In this document: piece by piece, positions 1-11,127 of the stretch | Layout of the letters: each line of letters starts with the position of its first letter | Position numbering within the stretch: the first letter of the stretch is position 1 | Source: Methanobacteriota archaeon | GTDB taxonomy: Archaea > Thermoplasmatota > Thermoplasmata > SG8-5 > JAGLSY01 | DNA: 64,000 nucleotides | Assembly (NCBI GenBank): GCA_020697715.1 | Contig: JAEHCO010000001.1 | Location: 320,001-384,000 of the forward strand | Direction of reading: 5' to 3' | Made by a program: the position numbers and the translations under genes | The notes under the pieces: model-generated | Told to the model about the DNA's origin: nothing | Seen by the model: only the letters and a program-made list of their open reading frames with translations | The model's database searches: none

Positions 1-2
1 TA

Positions 3-458
3 TCATCTCCATTTTTCGAAGGAGAGATCCCTGTAGATGAGGCCATTGGATCAGTCCAATGGTTCATTCTTCAATACTATAATGCAACAGGCAGTGATGA
101 TCAATGGAGATCCAACTATTTCTTTCCGGTGCCAGAGGCTTTGAAGGATCTTAAGACTGTGAATAATTCGATGGCGATATGGGCATATACCAAAAATGGC
201 TTCTTCGTAACAGCCGGTAGAGTGTCGAATATCACGATGGAACTGCATGCGGGGTGGAATTTCGTGTCTTATCCATTCCATGGAGAGAAACAGGTGCAGG
301 ATGCCCTTATCGGCGTGCCTTATGATAAGGTCGAGGGATTCAATCCATCATCTGCTTATAATCTGGAAGTATTGACAGATACGAGTATCATGGTTCCAGG
401 CCAGGGATATTGGGTACATTGTACATCGGCTTCGACCTGGCAGGCCATAAATACTTGA
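3..458 (+). CDS. 5'-truncated secreted protein; C-terminal tandem GWN(L/F)xSxP...GYW domain
   Basis: Frame is open from the window start (SSPFFEGEIPVDEAIG...). It aligns by eye with the last ~150 aa of the 3412..6636 protein (GWNFVSYPFHGEKQVQDAL vs GWNLISYPYHEGKQVADAL). Confidence 0.8.
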   Translation, partial: SSPFFEGEIPVDEAIGSVQWFILQYYNATGSDDQWRSNYFFPVPEALKDLKTVNNSMAIWAYTKNGFFVTAGRVSNITMELHAGWNFVSYPFHGEKQVQDALIGVPYDKVEGFNPSSAYNLEVLTDTSIMVPGQGYWVHCTSASTWQAINT

Positions 459-525
459 TGAATGATGTTCATATATCGAGCCAGCAATCGTTAAATCACA
501 TCATGACTTACTATCCCATGAGTGA

Positions 526-1599
526 GTGAATATGGTGAATATAAGAAATGATGCTGAAGGGATCTTCAAGCAAATGTTATTGGCAGAGTCCGAACCTGAC
601 ATGCCCAAGGACAAGATATTGAATGTAGTTCTGCCCATACTGGAGGATCTTGGAATGAGGGTGACGATCCATGATAATGATGGGAATCCAGCTATCTACG
701 CAACTACTGCGGATCCCCGAGCACTGCTCAGCGGCCATCTGGATACTGTGAAAATGGGAAGTGGATGGAACTATTCCCAGACAGAGGAAGTGGATGAAAA
801 GATCTACGGAAGAGGGGCACTGGACATGAAAGGGCCATGTGTGTCTATGTTGATAGCGGCGGAGCAATTGATATCCGAAGGAATAGGAGTGGCTTTGGCT
901 TTCACAACGGATGAAGAAGTGGGAATGGCCGGAGCCAAGGTCATGGCAGCCCAGCATCCGGAAATATCAGATATTCCCCTTATCATCATCTGCGAGCCTA
1001 CTGATCTCAAACTAATGGTGGAGGAGAAGGGGCTTGTGCAATTCAAAATAATCGCGCATGGGATTAATGCCCATGGAAGCATGCCGGAAGAAGGGCGCAA
1101 TGCGATCACCGATCTCACATACGCGGTGAATGAACTTATGAGCTCTGGCATATTTGGCAAGACTGGTAAAGACCCAGTAACTGCAAATCTTGGCATATTC
1201 CAAGGTGGGACCCTGATAAACATGATACCGGATAGAGCGGAGGCCGAGTTCGATGTGCGGTATAGTCCCGATAACACTGGGCAGGGTGTACTGGATGATG
1301 TGAAGAAGGCCCTTGACAGTACTGGTATTGACTATGAAATTGAGGTCACAAGAGAGATAAGAGCTGCCAGATCCGAGCTGGAACCAAAATATCTGGAGCC
1401 TCTGGAAGAGATGTTCGGGTCAGGAGAGTCCGTGCCTTATGCGACGGAGATGGCGGTCTTCTGCGAGCTTAATCCCCGTGTCTTCATAATGGGAGCGGGA
1501 GAAACCACCAGGGCACACAAGCCTGATGAGTTCATGACCATGGACGAGATAATAGAAGGAGCGGAAGCTATTATCAAATGTGCCAGGCTTGCTAAATGA
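526..1599 (+). CDS. M20 family metallopeptidase/deacylase (ArgE/DapE-like)
   Basis: Motifs GHLDTV, GRGALDMKG, DEEVG, EPT, AHGS and C-terminal AHxxDE. Confidence 0.9.
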   Translation: MNMVNIRNDAEGIFKQMLLAESEPDMPKDKILNVVLPILEDLGMRVTIHDNDGNPAIYATTADPRALLSGHLDTVKMGSGWNYSQTEEVDEKIYGRGALDMKGPCVSMLIAAEQLISEGIGVALAFTTDEEVGMAGAKVMAAQHPEISDIPLIIICEPTDLKLMVEEKGLVQFKIIAHGINAHGSMPEEGRNAITDLTYAVNELMSSGIFGKTGKDPVTANLGIFQGGTLINMIPDRAEAEFDVRYSPDNTGQGVLDDVKKALDSTGIDYEIEVTREIRAARSELEPKYLEPLEEMFGSGESVPYATEMAVFCELNPRVFIMGAGETTRAHKPDEFMTMDEIIEGAEAIIKCARLAK

Positions 1600-1654
1600 G
1601 GATATATCGATTAAGAATGGAGCAATAAATAAGATTGGCTCCCTTCAATCATCA

Positions 1655-2293
1655 TTAATCATTTACCAATCCACATCCAGAGCTTAGGAGGCTCTGCTTT
1701 ACCTCGTCCGCCCTCTCATAATCCACCACGAGCATTATGCGATCATATTTTTTGGATAGCTCATTCACTTCCCTGGTGATCTTGCTCACCCTGCTGCTCT
1801 CAATACTTCGCATGGCTTTTGAATCATTGATGAACTGATCCCATTCAATGACGAACTCTTCAGCTGTCTTGCTTTTGAACTTCTTTCGAGCCAGAGATCT
1901 CTGTTTGGAAGGTTGCTTCAGCCATTCCACGCCAGTGACATGATGGCAATAGATATCGGTGAACTCTTCATCATCCAGGTCCACGGCCATCGTGGGTATG
2001 TCCTTCTCCAAACCCAACTCCCAGGCCTTGACAAAGCAAGGTGGAGGTTTGCTCACATCTCCAAATTTCTTCAGAGCTTGAACATAATATTCCTCCTCCA
2101 CATTGTCAGAGCCAGCATCATCCTCATTATCGGATCTAAGATATTCCGCCATCGCCTGTAATCCTTCCTTAGAGACAGATAATGCGATGACCTCGGGGTC
2201 GAACCTGGAAAAATGCTCCTGAACTTTTTCGGACTCGGATACAAGTCCCTTCACGGCTCCAATGACCAGTGTCTTTCCTTTTTCCTTCTTCAT
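1655..2293 (-). CDS. conserved hypothetical protein (weak TraB/GumN-like resemblance)
   Basis: 212-aa ORF 4 nt downstream of the regulator, same strand, native composition. Confidence 0.65.
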   Translation of the reverse strand: MKKEKGKTLVIGAVKGLVSESEKVQEHFSRFDPEVIALSVSKEGLQAMAEYLRSDNEDDAGSDNVEEEYYVQALKKFGDVSKPPPCFVKAWELGLEKDIPTMAVDLDDEEFTDIYCHHVTGVEWLKQPSKQRSLARKKFKSKTAEEFVIEWDQFINDSKAMRSIESSRVSKITREVNELSKKYDRIMLVVDYERADEVKQSLLSSGCGLVND

Positions 2294-2297
2294 CTGT

Positions 2298-3248
2298 TCA
2301 TCCCCTCTCGCTTATGAGCTCCAAGATCTTTTTCTTGTCATATATCTTCTCAAGCTCCATATTGGATATCAATGGCGTGCCCTCCAGATTGGTCTTCATC
2401 CCTCTGTTCTCGACAAAGAAGACCGCGTGCCTCTCCAATAATTTCGATATATTGGCCATGGCCATCGCCCTTCTCTTGATATTTCGATCTATTCTTCCAA
2501 CACCAGTGAATAAAAGGTTTTCCCTATCTGAAGTGAGAGCGTCGAAGGGGCATCTGTTCGTGGGCTCGACCAGGTAACCCATATCATTCAATTGCTCAAA
2601 GATATTGGTCACCATCTCATCGCCATCAACACCCTCGCATAATTCCAAATTATCATTTTTCATCTGAATGGTCAAAGGATCGATGGGAACTATTAGATCG
2701 ATGCCGAATGTATTCTCCAATCTTATGGCCGCGGTCAATTTCGCGCCCATTCCCTCCTCATACATCTGTATCGTCCTTCTGGAGACACCGGCTGTCTCTG
2801 CTAATTCACCGAGGGATATACCCTGCTGTCTTAATTTCCCCATTCCCTCGGTGTCCAGCTTTACATAAAAGCCTCCGGGAGCGGAATAAACGAGAGGTGG
2901 AACCTCCTCAATAAAAAGGTCATGTAGTGAGTTCACCGACATCAGGGAAATACCATATCTGGAATAGACCACCCCATCCTCTATACTTCCAGATGTTTTG
3001 CCTATTCCGATCATCAAAGGAACACCCTCTACGGCTCGAGCCAGTGCGACCATCCCATTCAGAGAGGTTGCTTTCACGGACTCCCTGCTGGAGATGGCTT
3101 TGATGACCAATATGAGGCCACCTCTTCTCGCGACTATGTCGAATCCAGAATGTATTAGGAAAGAAGGATCCGAAGTGGAGAAACCGGCTTTCTCCAGTAT
3201 GTTGATGGTCATCTTTACAAGATCGTCCCTTTTCATTGAGATTTCCAT
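2298..3248 (-). CDS. archaeal HTH transcriptional regulator (COG1395-type; Cro/C1 HTH with PD-(D/E)xK-like flanking domains)
   Basis: FDIVARR N-terminal domain, APGGFYV motif, HTH SLGELAETAGVSRRTIQMYE, PFDAL. Confidence 0.85.
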   Translation of the reverse strand: MEISMKRDDLVKMTINILEKAGFSTSDPSFLIHSGFDIVARRGGLILVIKAISSRESVKATSLNGMVALARAVEGVPLMIGIGKTSGSIEDGVVYSRYGISLMSVNSLHDLFIEEVPPLVYSAPGGFYVKLDTEGMGKLRQQGISLGELAETAGVSRRTIQMYEEGMGAKLTAAIRLENTFGIDLIVPIDPLTIQMKNDNLELCEGVDGDEMVTNIFEQLNDMGYLVEPTNRCPFDALTSDRENLLFTGVGRIDRNIKRRAMAMANISKLLERHAVFFVENRGMKTNLEGTPLISNMELEKIYDKKKILELISERG

Positions 3249-3411
3249 AGTCTCTTCCCCTTATAAATTTTCTTCTACTGTATCGATATCAAAATCACTA
3301 TTTTATCCATTTATGCAGGTTTCAGGTGAAATAGCAAAACTAGCTGACATGGTGTACAAGTAGGTGTTTTGCGCCATATCTATTTATATAATTTACAAGT
3401 ATTTGAATAAT

Positions 3412-6400
3412 ATGTCGCATTCTAAAGGATTCAGGAAATCATTTGTAATTTGTATAACATTTATTTTCATGGCCATGCCATTCTTCACTCTTATATCTCC
3501 CACGAATGCCGAGAGCCTGACAAATGATATTTCTCCTATATTGCTGACCGATATCACTGATGATGAACTATCAAGCTTCAATATGGCCAGTGAGATAGAG
3601 AATATACTGTATCAGGTGGATGAGGAATTGATGGGGGGCCATATTGAGGCATTACAGAATTTTGGCACCAGGTATTGCTACGCCGTGGATGAATGCTATG
3701 AAGCGGCCGATTATATTTATTCAGTCTTCGAAAGAAATGGCCTCCAGGTTAGCTTCGATGATTTCATAGCTGGTGGACATCCAATGCGAAATGTAGTTGC
3801 TGAGCTTCCTGGCAAGACCACATCAGATAAGGTCTTCATAATCTGTGCCCATTATGATTCTATCACCAGCAACCCATACGAATTCGCTCCCGGTGCTGAT
3901 GATAATGGGAGCGGGACAGCGGCGGTAATGGCCGCGGCTGAGCTTCTTTCAGATTATGAGTTCAATTACACCATACGCTTCATCGCTTTCTCGGGAGAGG
4001 AAGAGGGGCTCTATGGAAGTTATCACTATAATGACATGATGCTTCAGAACGGAGAGAATATCTGTGGCGTAGTGAATCTGGATATGATCGCCTACAATCC
4101 AGATCCTGGATCGCTCTTCGTGGATATGGACACAGCTGGCTCCAATGAGATTTCTGAACCTCTGGCTGATTTCACAGAAAGCATTGCGGAGAAATATGAG
4201 CATATATCTAAACTGGATATATGGAAGACCCGAGGGGTTGACAGTAGTGATCATGCAGCTTTCTGGGATGATTTTCCGGCCTTCATGTTCATTGAAAGGA
4301 TATTCAATACTCCCAATTATCACCAAGCCTCGGATACCATAGACAAATTGAACCTCACTTATTGCTCGAATGTGACTCAGATCGCCATAGCGACATTGGC
4401 AGAACTGGCAGAATTGGATGCCACCGATTCTTCTCCTCCAGATCATTTTGATGAATATCCAGTAGATGGAGGCTATGGTCCCGGAGATGCAGAGATATCC
4501 ATTGATATCATTGATTCATCACAGATCAATTCTTCCAGCATCGAACTTCATGTACTGGGCTCGCCAGTAATCCCCACTTTGACACCCACCCCAACTGGCT
4601 TTACTGTTTCTTATTTACATGTCCCAGGCTATGCTGATGAAGATATCGTGGAATGCAATATCACGGCTGCCGACATACATGGCAATACGATGTATTTCAA
4701 TTGGTCCTTCACTATCGATGCCATACCACCAGCTCCTCCAACGAACTTCAATATAGAGATTGACAGGATCGAGATGGAAAAATATGCCTGTGTCCTTGCC
4801 AGAGGGCCCTCGGAATATGATGGCAATGGCACATCATCACCATCAATAATCTTCCATGACAATGAGTACAAGATGTGGTATGCTGGCCGAGATACAGGAT
4901 TACAGATCCTATATGCGAACTCCACGAATGGTATTTCGTGGAACAAGCATGGGATAGTATTGCCCCATGGTGGTGTAGGCACTCTGGATTATGCTGGAAC
5001 TAGCTCACCATCTGTTCTTTACGAGGATGGGGAATACAAAATATGGTACACTGGAGATAATGGCACCACATCGAGAATTCTTTATGCAAATTCTACAGAC
5101 GGCATCAGCTGGATCAAACAAGGCATTGCTTTGGACCTTGGCACTATTGGCGAATATGATGATGCTCAATTGCTATCACCATCCGTCCTCTACGAGGGTG
5201 GTGAATACAAAATATGGTATACTGGCATCCATGATTCTATTCATCGCATATTGTATGCGAATTCTGCAGATGGCATGAGTTGGAACAAATACGGTATGGT
5301 ACTGGAGGCCTCACAATATGGTGAGTTCGATACACATGAGGTGAAAAATTCCTGTGTGGTCATGACCCAGGATGGATATGAGATGTATTACTCTGGTTCT
5401 AAATACGACACCTTCAGGATCCTACTTGCGAACTCCACGGATGGCATCAATTGGAACAAACTTGGCATGGTTTTGGACACTGGTGATCACGCGGAATACG
5501 ATAGTATTCAAGCCAGTGATTGCACCGTGCTTTATCATGATGACGAGCTCAAAATATGGTATTCGGGATATGATGGTGGATTTTGGGCCATCCTATATTC
5601 CTATCTTTCTGATAATGAGCAGGATACAGATATCTCATTGAGCTGGTCCTCCTCCCCGTCAGAGGATATAGCTTATTATGAACTGGCCAGATCTCATAGT
5701 CCCCACTCCTTTGGATGCGGAAGCAGCGTGATCCTGAACGGTACTCTAGCAGGCCCATTATCATTGGGCCAGAGATTTTTTGATCTGGGGTGCACGAACA
5801 TACGATTCTGTGAGCTTTGGGTGGATGACGATGAGTTCGGCGAGTCTCCTTGGGATTGGTGGAGCCTTGATGAGGTCGGAACTGGTGGCTGGGATGATTA
5901 TTATATAGATTATAAGACTGGAATTGTTACCTTGAATCCAGTCAACTGGCCGACAGGATGGTGGGACAATCCATCATATATTCATGGGTGGATATATTGC
6001 ACTGGCGATCCGGTATCAAGAACCACCAGCACATCTATGGTCGACAATGGGATCGGAGATGAGGATACAAATGATTATTATTATACCTTGAAGGCTGTTG
6101 ATAAAGCTGGCAATACTGTCGAATGTGCATACAAAGTGGGCAAAGTGGGCACAGAAACATCCACTGGTTGGAATCTAATCTCATCTCCTTTTATTGAAGG
6201 CAATGTCCCGATAAAGGATGCCCTCGGATCTTTGGAGTGGACCGAGGTATTCTCCTATAACTCATCCGACCATGCGGACCACTGGAGGATGAACTCCACT
6301 TCCATGCCCGATGTACTGGATGACCTGGATACCATAACGGATGGTGCAGCATATTGGATCAATGTTCCACCTGCCGAGGTCTATGTTTCAACAGGAATTG

Positions 6401-6636
6401 TGTCCAATACCAGCATTCGATTGGATTCGGGCTGGAACTTGATATCATATCCATATCATGAGGGGAAACAGGTGGCGGATGCACTGGCTGGCCTCCCATA
6501 TGAAAGGGTGGAAGGCTTTGATCCCATTGCTCCTTACAAGATCGCCACCATGCTGGACACGGACATCATGGTGCCAGGATTTGGATATTGGATATATACG
6601 AGCTCCGCAGCCACGTGGAATATCGTGAACACTTGA
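3412..6636 (+). CDS. secreted M28 family aminopeptidase fused to beta-propeller (GH32/GH130-like fold), FN3-like and C-terminal GWNL-repeat domains
   Basis: Signal peptide; M28 motifs AHYDS, PGADDNGSG, GEEEGL, NLDM, SDH, YH; repeated SPSVLYEDGEYKIWYxG...ILYANSTDGIxW blades. Start moved to ATG 3412. Confidence 0.88.
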   Translation: MSHSKGFRKSFVICITFIFMAMPFFTLISPTNAESLTNDISPILLTDITDDELSSFNMASEIENILYQVDEELMGGHIEALQNFGTRYCYAVDECYEAADYIYSVFERNGLQVSFDDFIAGGHPMRNVVAELPGKTTSDKVFIICAHYDSITSNPYEFAPGADDNGSGTAAVMAAAELLSDYEFNYTIRFIAFSGEEEGLYGSYHYNDMMLQNGENICGVVNLDMIAYNPDPGSLFVDMDTAGSNEISEPLADFTESIAEKYEHISKLDIWKTRGVDSSDHAAFWDDFPAFMFIERIFNTPNYHQASDTIDKLNLTYCSNVTQIAIATLAELAELDATDSSPPDHFDEYPVDGGYGPGDAEISIDIIDSSQINSSSIELHVLGSPVIPTLTPTPTGFTVSYLHVPGYADEDIVECNITAADIHGNTMYFNWSFTIDAIPPAPPTNFNIEIDRIEMEKYACVLARGPSEYDGNGTSSPSIIFHDNEYKMWYAGRDTGLQILYANSTNGISWNKHGIVLPHGGVGTLDYAGTSSPSVLYEDGEYKIWYTGDNGTTSRILYANSTDGISWIKQGIALDLGTIGEYDDAQLLSPSVLYEGGEYKIWYTGIHDSIHRILYANSADGMSWNKYGMVLEASQYGEFDTHEVKNSCVVMTQDGYEMYYSGSKYDTFRILLANSTDGINWNKLGMVLDTGDHAEYDSIQASDCTVLYHDDELKIWYSGYDGGFWAILYSYLSDNEQDTDISLSWSSSPSEDIAYYELARSHSPHSFGCGSSVILNGTLAGPLSLGQRFFDLGCTNIRFCELWVDDDEFGESPWDWWSLDEVGTGGWDDYYIDYKTGIVTLNPVNWPTGWWDNPSYIHGWIYCTGDPVSRTTSTSMVDNGIGDEDTNDYYYTLKAVDKAGNTVECAYKVGKVGTETSTGWNLISSPFIEGNVPIKDALGSLEWTEVFSYNSSDHADHWRMNSTSMPDVLDDLDTITDGAAYWINVPPAEVYVSTGIVSNTSIRLDSGWNLISYPYHEGKQVADALAGLPYERVEGFDPIAPYKIATMLDTDIMVPGFGYWIYTSSAATWNIVNT

Positions 6637-6736
6637 GCTTCGCTTGCCAGAATGGAAACTATCAGATTCTGAAATTATAGTGAGTCTGATAATTTCCACC
6701 CCAAACATTTATTACGAATTGATATTTCCTTTGCTC

Positions 6737-8044
6737 ATGAAGCTATTCGGATCTTCAGGAATTAGAGGCACATTTGGTGAGAAGATAACTACTCAACTGG
6801 CTAATGAAGTTGGATTGGCAGTTGGTACGGTCTATGACTCGGTCGTCATCGGATGGGACACAAGGACTACCAGTGAGCTTATCAGCAAGGCACTTGCCGC
6901 CGGGCTCATGAGCGCGGGAGCTCGTGTGGGCATCGCGGGAATGACCTCCACACCCACACTGGCGAACGAGACAAAGAATTTCGCGGCTGGTCTGATGATA
7001 ACAGCCTCCCATAATCCAGCACCTGACAATGGAATAAAGTTCTGGAATCCAGACGGCTCTTCTTTTGGAAGCCAGCAGATGGAAGAATTGGAGGACATTC
7101 TGGCAAATAAGAAATTCGCTCATGTTTCCTGGGACAAGGTCGGCAGATGTTTTGAGATAGTCGACGCCGTGGAGAAACATATGCAGTCCATCGAGTCCAA
7201 GATGGGCAAGCTCAGCGGAAAAGTGGTCATCGATTGTGGTAATGGAGCGACGACCAATATCAGCCCATATCTGCTAAGAAGAATGGGATGCGAGGTCATA
7301 ACGATCAATTCACATCCAGATGGTACTTTCCCTGGACGTGGTTCAGAGCCAACGACTGAGAACACGAGGCTTCTGGCCGAGTGCGTGAAAAGCTCCGGAG
7401 CAATGCTCGGCATAGCTCACGACGGCGACGGAGATCGAACACTGGCAGTTGATGAAAAAGGCAGGTTCCTGAACGGAGATCTTCTTTTACCAATACTAGC
7501 CAAGCTGGAAGGAAAGACCAGCATCGTCGTACCGCTCAATGTGTCCATGGGTGTGGACACATACCTGAAGGGCGTGGATGTCATCAGATGCAAGGTCGGT
7601 GATGTATACGTCGCAGAGAAAATGAAGGAAGTGGGAGCGGATTTCGGTGGTGAGGAATCCGGAACCTGGATCTTCCCAGAAAATTCATTCTGCCCAGATG
7701 GTGTATTTGCAGCTGCCAAACTGGTTCAAATAGCCATGGAACGCCCACTATCTGAATATCTGGACGAGCTGCCCAAATTCGATATCATGAGAAAAAGAAT
7801 AGACTTCGGCACAAGGGATAAAGTAGAAGTGATGAAGGAGATCCGACCTCTTATGGAAGCATGGAGCCCCTTGGATATATCCGATATGGACGGTCTGTAT
7901 GCGAAATTCCAAGATGGTTGGATATTGATGAGACCATCAGGTACCGAGCCTAAGTTGAAGATCGTTATCGAAGGTGAAAATGAAGCAAGGGCCAATGAGC
8001 TCATGGCGATGGCGATGGCCGCTGTTGAGAAGGTGCTCGGATGA
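6737..8044 (+). CDS. glmM: phosphoglucosamine mutase
   Basis: LFGSSGIRG, TASHNP, DGDGDR, RPSGTEP; overlaps glmU (ATGA). Start moved to MKLFG. Confidence 0.85.
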   Translation: MKLFGSSGIRGTFGEKITTQLANEVGLAVGTVYDSVVIGWDTRTTSELISKALAAGLMSAGARVGIAGMTSTPTLANETKNFAAGLMITASHNPAPDNGIKFWNPDGSSFGSQQMEELEDILANKKFAHVSWDKVGRCFEIVDAVEKHMQSIESKMGKLSGKVVIDCGNGATTNISPYLLRRMGCEVITINSHPDGTFPGRGSEPTTENTRLLAECVKSSGAMLGIAHDGDGDRTLAVDEKGRFLNGDLLLPILAKLEGKTSIVVPLNVSMGVDTYLKGVDVIRCKVGDVYVAEKMKEVGADFGGEESGTWIFPENSFCPDGVFAAAKLVQIAMERPLSEYLDELPKFDIMRKRIDFGTRDKVEVMKEIRPLMEAWSPLDISDMDGLYAKFQDGWILMRPSGTEPKLKIVIEGENEARANELMAMAMAAVEKVLG

Positions 8045-9276
8045 AAGCCTTCATTCTGGCAGCTGGCGAAGGAACGAGGATGCGTCCTCTGACCTCGAAG
8101 ATATCAAAATCACTACTGCCAATTGCTGGAAAGCCCTTCATCGAACACACCCTGGACGCCCTCAGGGCCAATGGGATCACCGAGGTGTCCATACTCATTG
8201 GTTGGGGCGCGAAAGAATTGGAATCACACTTCGGGAACGGCTCCAATCTGGGAATGAAGATCAGATACATTCATCAGAAAGACAGACTGGGAACGGCCCA
8301 TGCCATTGGCTATGCCAGGAAGCATATGAAGACCGATCCTTTCCTCGCGATAAACGGTGATGTGGTCATCACCAAGGGAACTATCAAAAGCGTGCTGGCC
8401 AATTTCAAAAAGTATGGTGATATGATAATAACAGGCGCGGAGGTTCCCAATCCCTGCGATTATGGAATAATAAAGCTGGGCAAGGGCAATTGCCTATCAT
8501 GTCTTATGGAAAAACCAAAGGACCCGCCGACCAATCTGGCCAATGCTGGTCTTTACCTATTCACACATGAGATATTCGATGCAATCGACAAGACCGAGCT
8601 CTCCATGCGTGGTGAGTATGAAGTTACTGATTCGATCCAGATGCTGACCGATGATGACAAGAAATTCAGATGCGTCACTATCAAGGACGACTGGGTGGAT
8701 GTAGGTCGCCCATGGGATCTCCTGAAGGCGAATTCCATACTCATGAAAGACCTCGAGGAGAATATCGAGGGCGAAGTTCAGCCATACGCCACTATCGAAG
8801 GGCCAGTGGTCGTCGGTAAAGGAACCGTGATCCGAAATGGTTCCTATATCATCGGGCCAGTGATAATCGGCAAGAACTCGGATATCGGGCCCAATTGTTA
8901 CATTAGACCTTCCACATACATAGGTGACAAGTGCAAAGTGGGAAATGCGACGGAAGTGAAAAATTCCGTAATAATGAACGGAAGCAAGGTTCCACATCAC
9001 AATTACATGGGTGACAGCGTGATCGGTCGAAATTGTAATTTCGGATCAGGAACCAAGGTGGCCAATCTACGTCTGGATGGCAAGAATATCATTGTCAATA
9101 TCAAGGGCCAGCACGTGAACACCGGGATCAGAAAATTCGGAGTGATCGCGGGCGATGATGTCAAGACCGGCATAAATGCCACGATAGACCCAGGCACCAT
9201 AATTGGTGAGAAGTCATTCATAGGTCCAGGAGCTATAGTAAAAGGTATAATCGCGCCTGGCAGTAAGGTTCATTAG
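8041..9276 (+). CDS. glmU: bifunctional sugar-1-phosphate nucleotidylyltransferase/acetyltransferase
   Basis: LAAGEGTRMRPLT nucleotidyltransferase domain plus hexapeptide left-handed beta-helix C-terminus. Confidence 0.9.
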   Translation: MKAFILAAGEGTRMRPLTSKISKSLLPIAGKPFIEHTLDALRANGITEVSILIGWGAKELESHFGNGSNLGMKIRYIHQKDRLGTAHAIGYARKHMKTDPFLAINGDVVITKGTIKSVLANFKKYGDMIITGAEVPNPCDYGIIKLGKGNCLSCLMEKPKDPPTNLANAGLYLFTHEIFDAIDKTELSMRGEYEVTDSIQMLTDDDKKFRCVTIKDDWVDVGRPWDLLKANSILMKDLEENIEGEVQPYATIEGPVVVGKGTVIRNGSYIIGPVIIGKNSDIGPNCYIRPSTYIGDKCKVGNATEVKNSVIMNGSKVPHHNYMGDSVIGRNCNFGSGTKVANLRLDGKNIIVNIKGQHVNTGIRKFGVIAGDDVKTGINATIDPGTIIGEKSFIGPGAIVKGIIAPGSKVH

Positions 9277-9280
9277 ATCA

Positions 9281-10936
9281 TCAATTAATGAATTTATCAG
9301 CGAACAATTCGAAGCCCGCTATTGGACAACCCAGGTCGAAGTTCATTATGACCTGGGGGTGCAATTCCCCGAAGTGGCCGACCATCTCTCCCTTCACCAT
9401 TATCTTGGCCGCCCTTCCATCGATGTAGGCTGGCTCGTCGTGTCCTTCTATTTCGAACTCCACATCCAAGTCCCTCATCAATGACTGGACGAGGGATTTT
9501 ATATTGGTATAACTGGCCTTGGGGTGGATGGTCATCGCTCCCATGAATCTCAGGTTTTTGTGATCGATAACAACATTCCCTGCCTCGAAGATGCTCTGAG
9601 GCAGATCCCTGTGTTTGTTCACACTGAGAACCTCCAGAAGGCTGGGGTAAATTGACTGTCTGGCACAAGTTAGCTCTTCATTAATTGGATTGAGTATGAC
9701 CGTGAGGTTATTCGGTATCTCGCGCTGGAGCAGGGTGAATTGCTTTTTCTGGCTTGAGATCGTCAGACCCATGGTCTCCTGATACCCATAGCCAATCATC
9801 AGATCTCTAAGAATATTGGAATAAGCTTCGATCTCCCTTTCTTTTGCAAATGTGAGATTGGTTGGAAGCCGACCCTTGAAATTCTCAAAGCCGTGGGCGA
9901 TTGCGATATCCTCCACCAGATCCACCGGATGGATGACATCGTTTCGGTAAGCTGGAACCTGAACTTTGACGGTTCCATTCGGGTCTCCTTCGACAATACT
10001 GGCCCCGAATCTCATCATCCGAAGATATTCAACAATATCTTCGGATCCGAGTCCGATGCCCAGGATCTTATCCACATATTCCGGGGTTATCTCTCTTTCC
10101 CTGGGAGCCAGGTCCGGCAATGTGAGGGGGGAGTCCTTGTATCTCACTTCCACTGTTTTGATCTGCCCGCCACGTTCTGCCAGCATGGTGGCCAGGATAT
10201 TTAGCGCGGTCTTCAGAGTTTCAAGATCCGTGCCAGTCATGTCCAGGAAAATGTTTTCCGTATTTTCTGTCACGGTCGTGTAAGTGCCATTGATAATTGG
10301 TGGGAATGAAAGCACCTTCCCTTCCGAATCCTGGATGATCGGATACTTATCCTTGCCTTCGAGAACCCAGGCATATTCCATCCCTTTCTCATGCTTCTCC
10401 AGTATCTCGTCCAGGTCCAATTCTTTGAAATGACCCAGTGGCATGAATTTCATTGACTTCGGATCAACCGCCTTGTACGTGAAGGGCGGTTTCAGGTCCT
10501 TGAAATCATGAACTCCAATGGCCAGTTTCTTCCTCTTTCTGCCCATTGTGAGATGTAATTTTTCCTGTATCTCCATAAGTGATTTGATCAGGCTGTCGTC
10601 CATCTGGACATTTTGAATGTAAGCCGCGACTATGAAGGGCCTGACTTCCTCAACAGAAGGATCAACCTCGAGCACCATGCCACTGCTGGACATGGGATAG
10701 TCCACCATGCCCTTTTCCAGGCCGAAGAAACCACGTAATGCACGGGCGACACCCTCCACCGAGTATAGGTCTGGCCTATTGGGGAAGAACTCGATATTCA
10801 TCGTGTCTCCTTCTATCGAGTCGATATCGGAGCCGATCATCGGCAATCTCTCGATTATCTCTTCCTGCGGAATGTCCTTGCCAATGAGGGCTATGAGGTC
10901 ATGATAGTCTATTGTTATAACTGCCATATGCATCAC
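9281..10936 (-). CDS. pheT: phenylalanyl-tRNA synthetase beta subunit (archaeal type)
   Basis: [27 protein letters not shown], [18 protein letters not shown], FGELHP. Confidence 0.95.
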   Translation of the reverse strand: MMHMAVITIDYHDLIALIGKDIPQEEIIERLPMIGSDIDSIEGDTMNIEFFPNRPDLYSVEGVARALRGFFGLEKGMVDYPMSSSGMVLEVDPSVEEVRPFIVAAYIQNVQMDDSLIKSLMEIQEKLHLTMGRKRKKLAIGVHDFKDLKPPFTYKAVDPKSMKFMPLGHFKELDLDEILEKHEKGMEYAWVLEGKDKYPIIQDSEGKVLSFPPIINGTYTTVTENTENIFLDMTGTDLETLKTALNILATMLAERGGQIKTVEVRYKDSPLTLPDLAPREREITPEYVDKILGIGLGSEDIVEYLRMMRFGASIVEGDPNGTVKVQVPAYRNDVIHPVDLVEDIAIAHGFENFKGRLPTNLTFAKEREIEAYSNILRDLMIGYGYQETMGLTISSQKKQFTLLQREIPNNLTVILNPINEELTCARQSIYPSLLEVLSVNKHRDLPQSIFEAGNVVIDHKNLRFMGAMTIHPKASYTNIKSLVQSLMRDLDVEFEIEGHDEPAYIDGRAAKIMVKGEMVGHFGELHPQVIMNFDLGCPIAGFELFADKFIN

Positions 10937-11127
10937 TTACTGATAGGTTATGGAAATATGATATTCTATAATTATGTTTGTAATAGAAGAATTATGTGAT
11001 ATTCGATCGATTATATTAACATAATAAATACCTTTTTTCCAGGTATCTGGCTATATAAAGATGTTCCTCATCCTAAATCTTATATACTCCACCCAAATAT
11101 CCAGGTCGAAATCTCAGGGTGAGGTGC

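Noticed and set aside
6635-6650. GCGAAGC mini-hairpin (minus strand) after the M28 gene as another copy of the dispersed element
   Set aside because: Only 7 nt of resemblance; no flanking stem or SD arm
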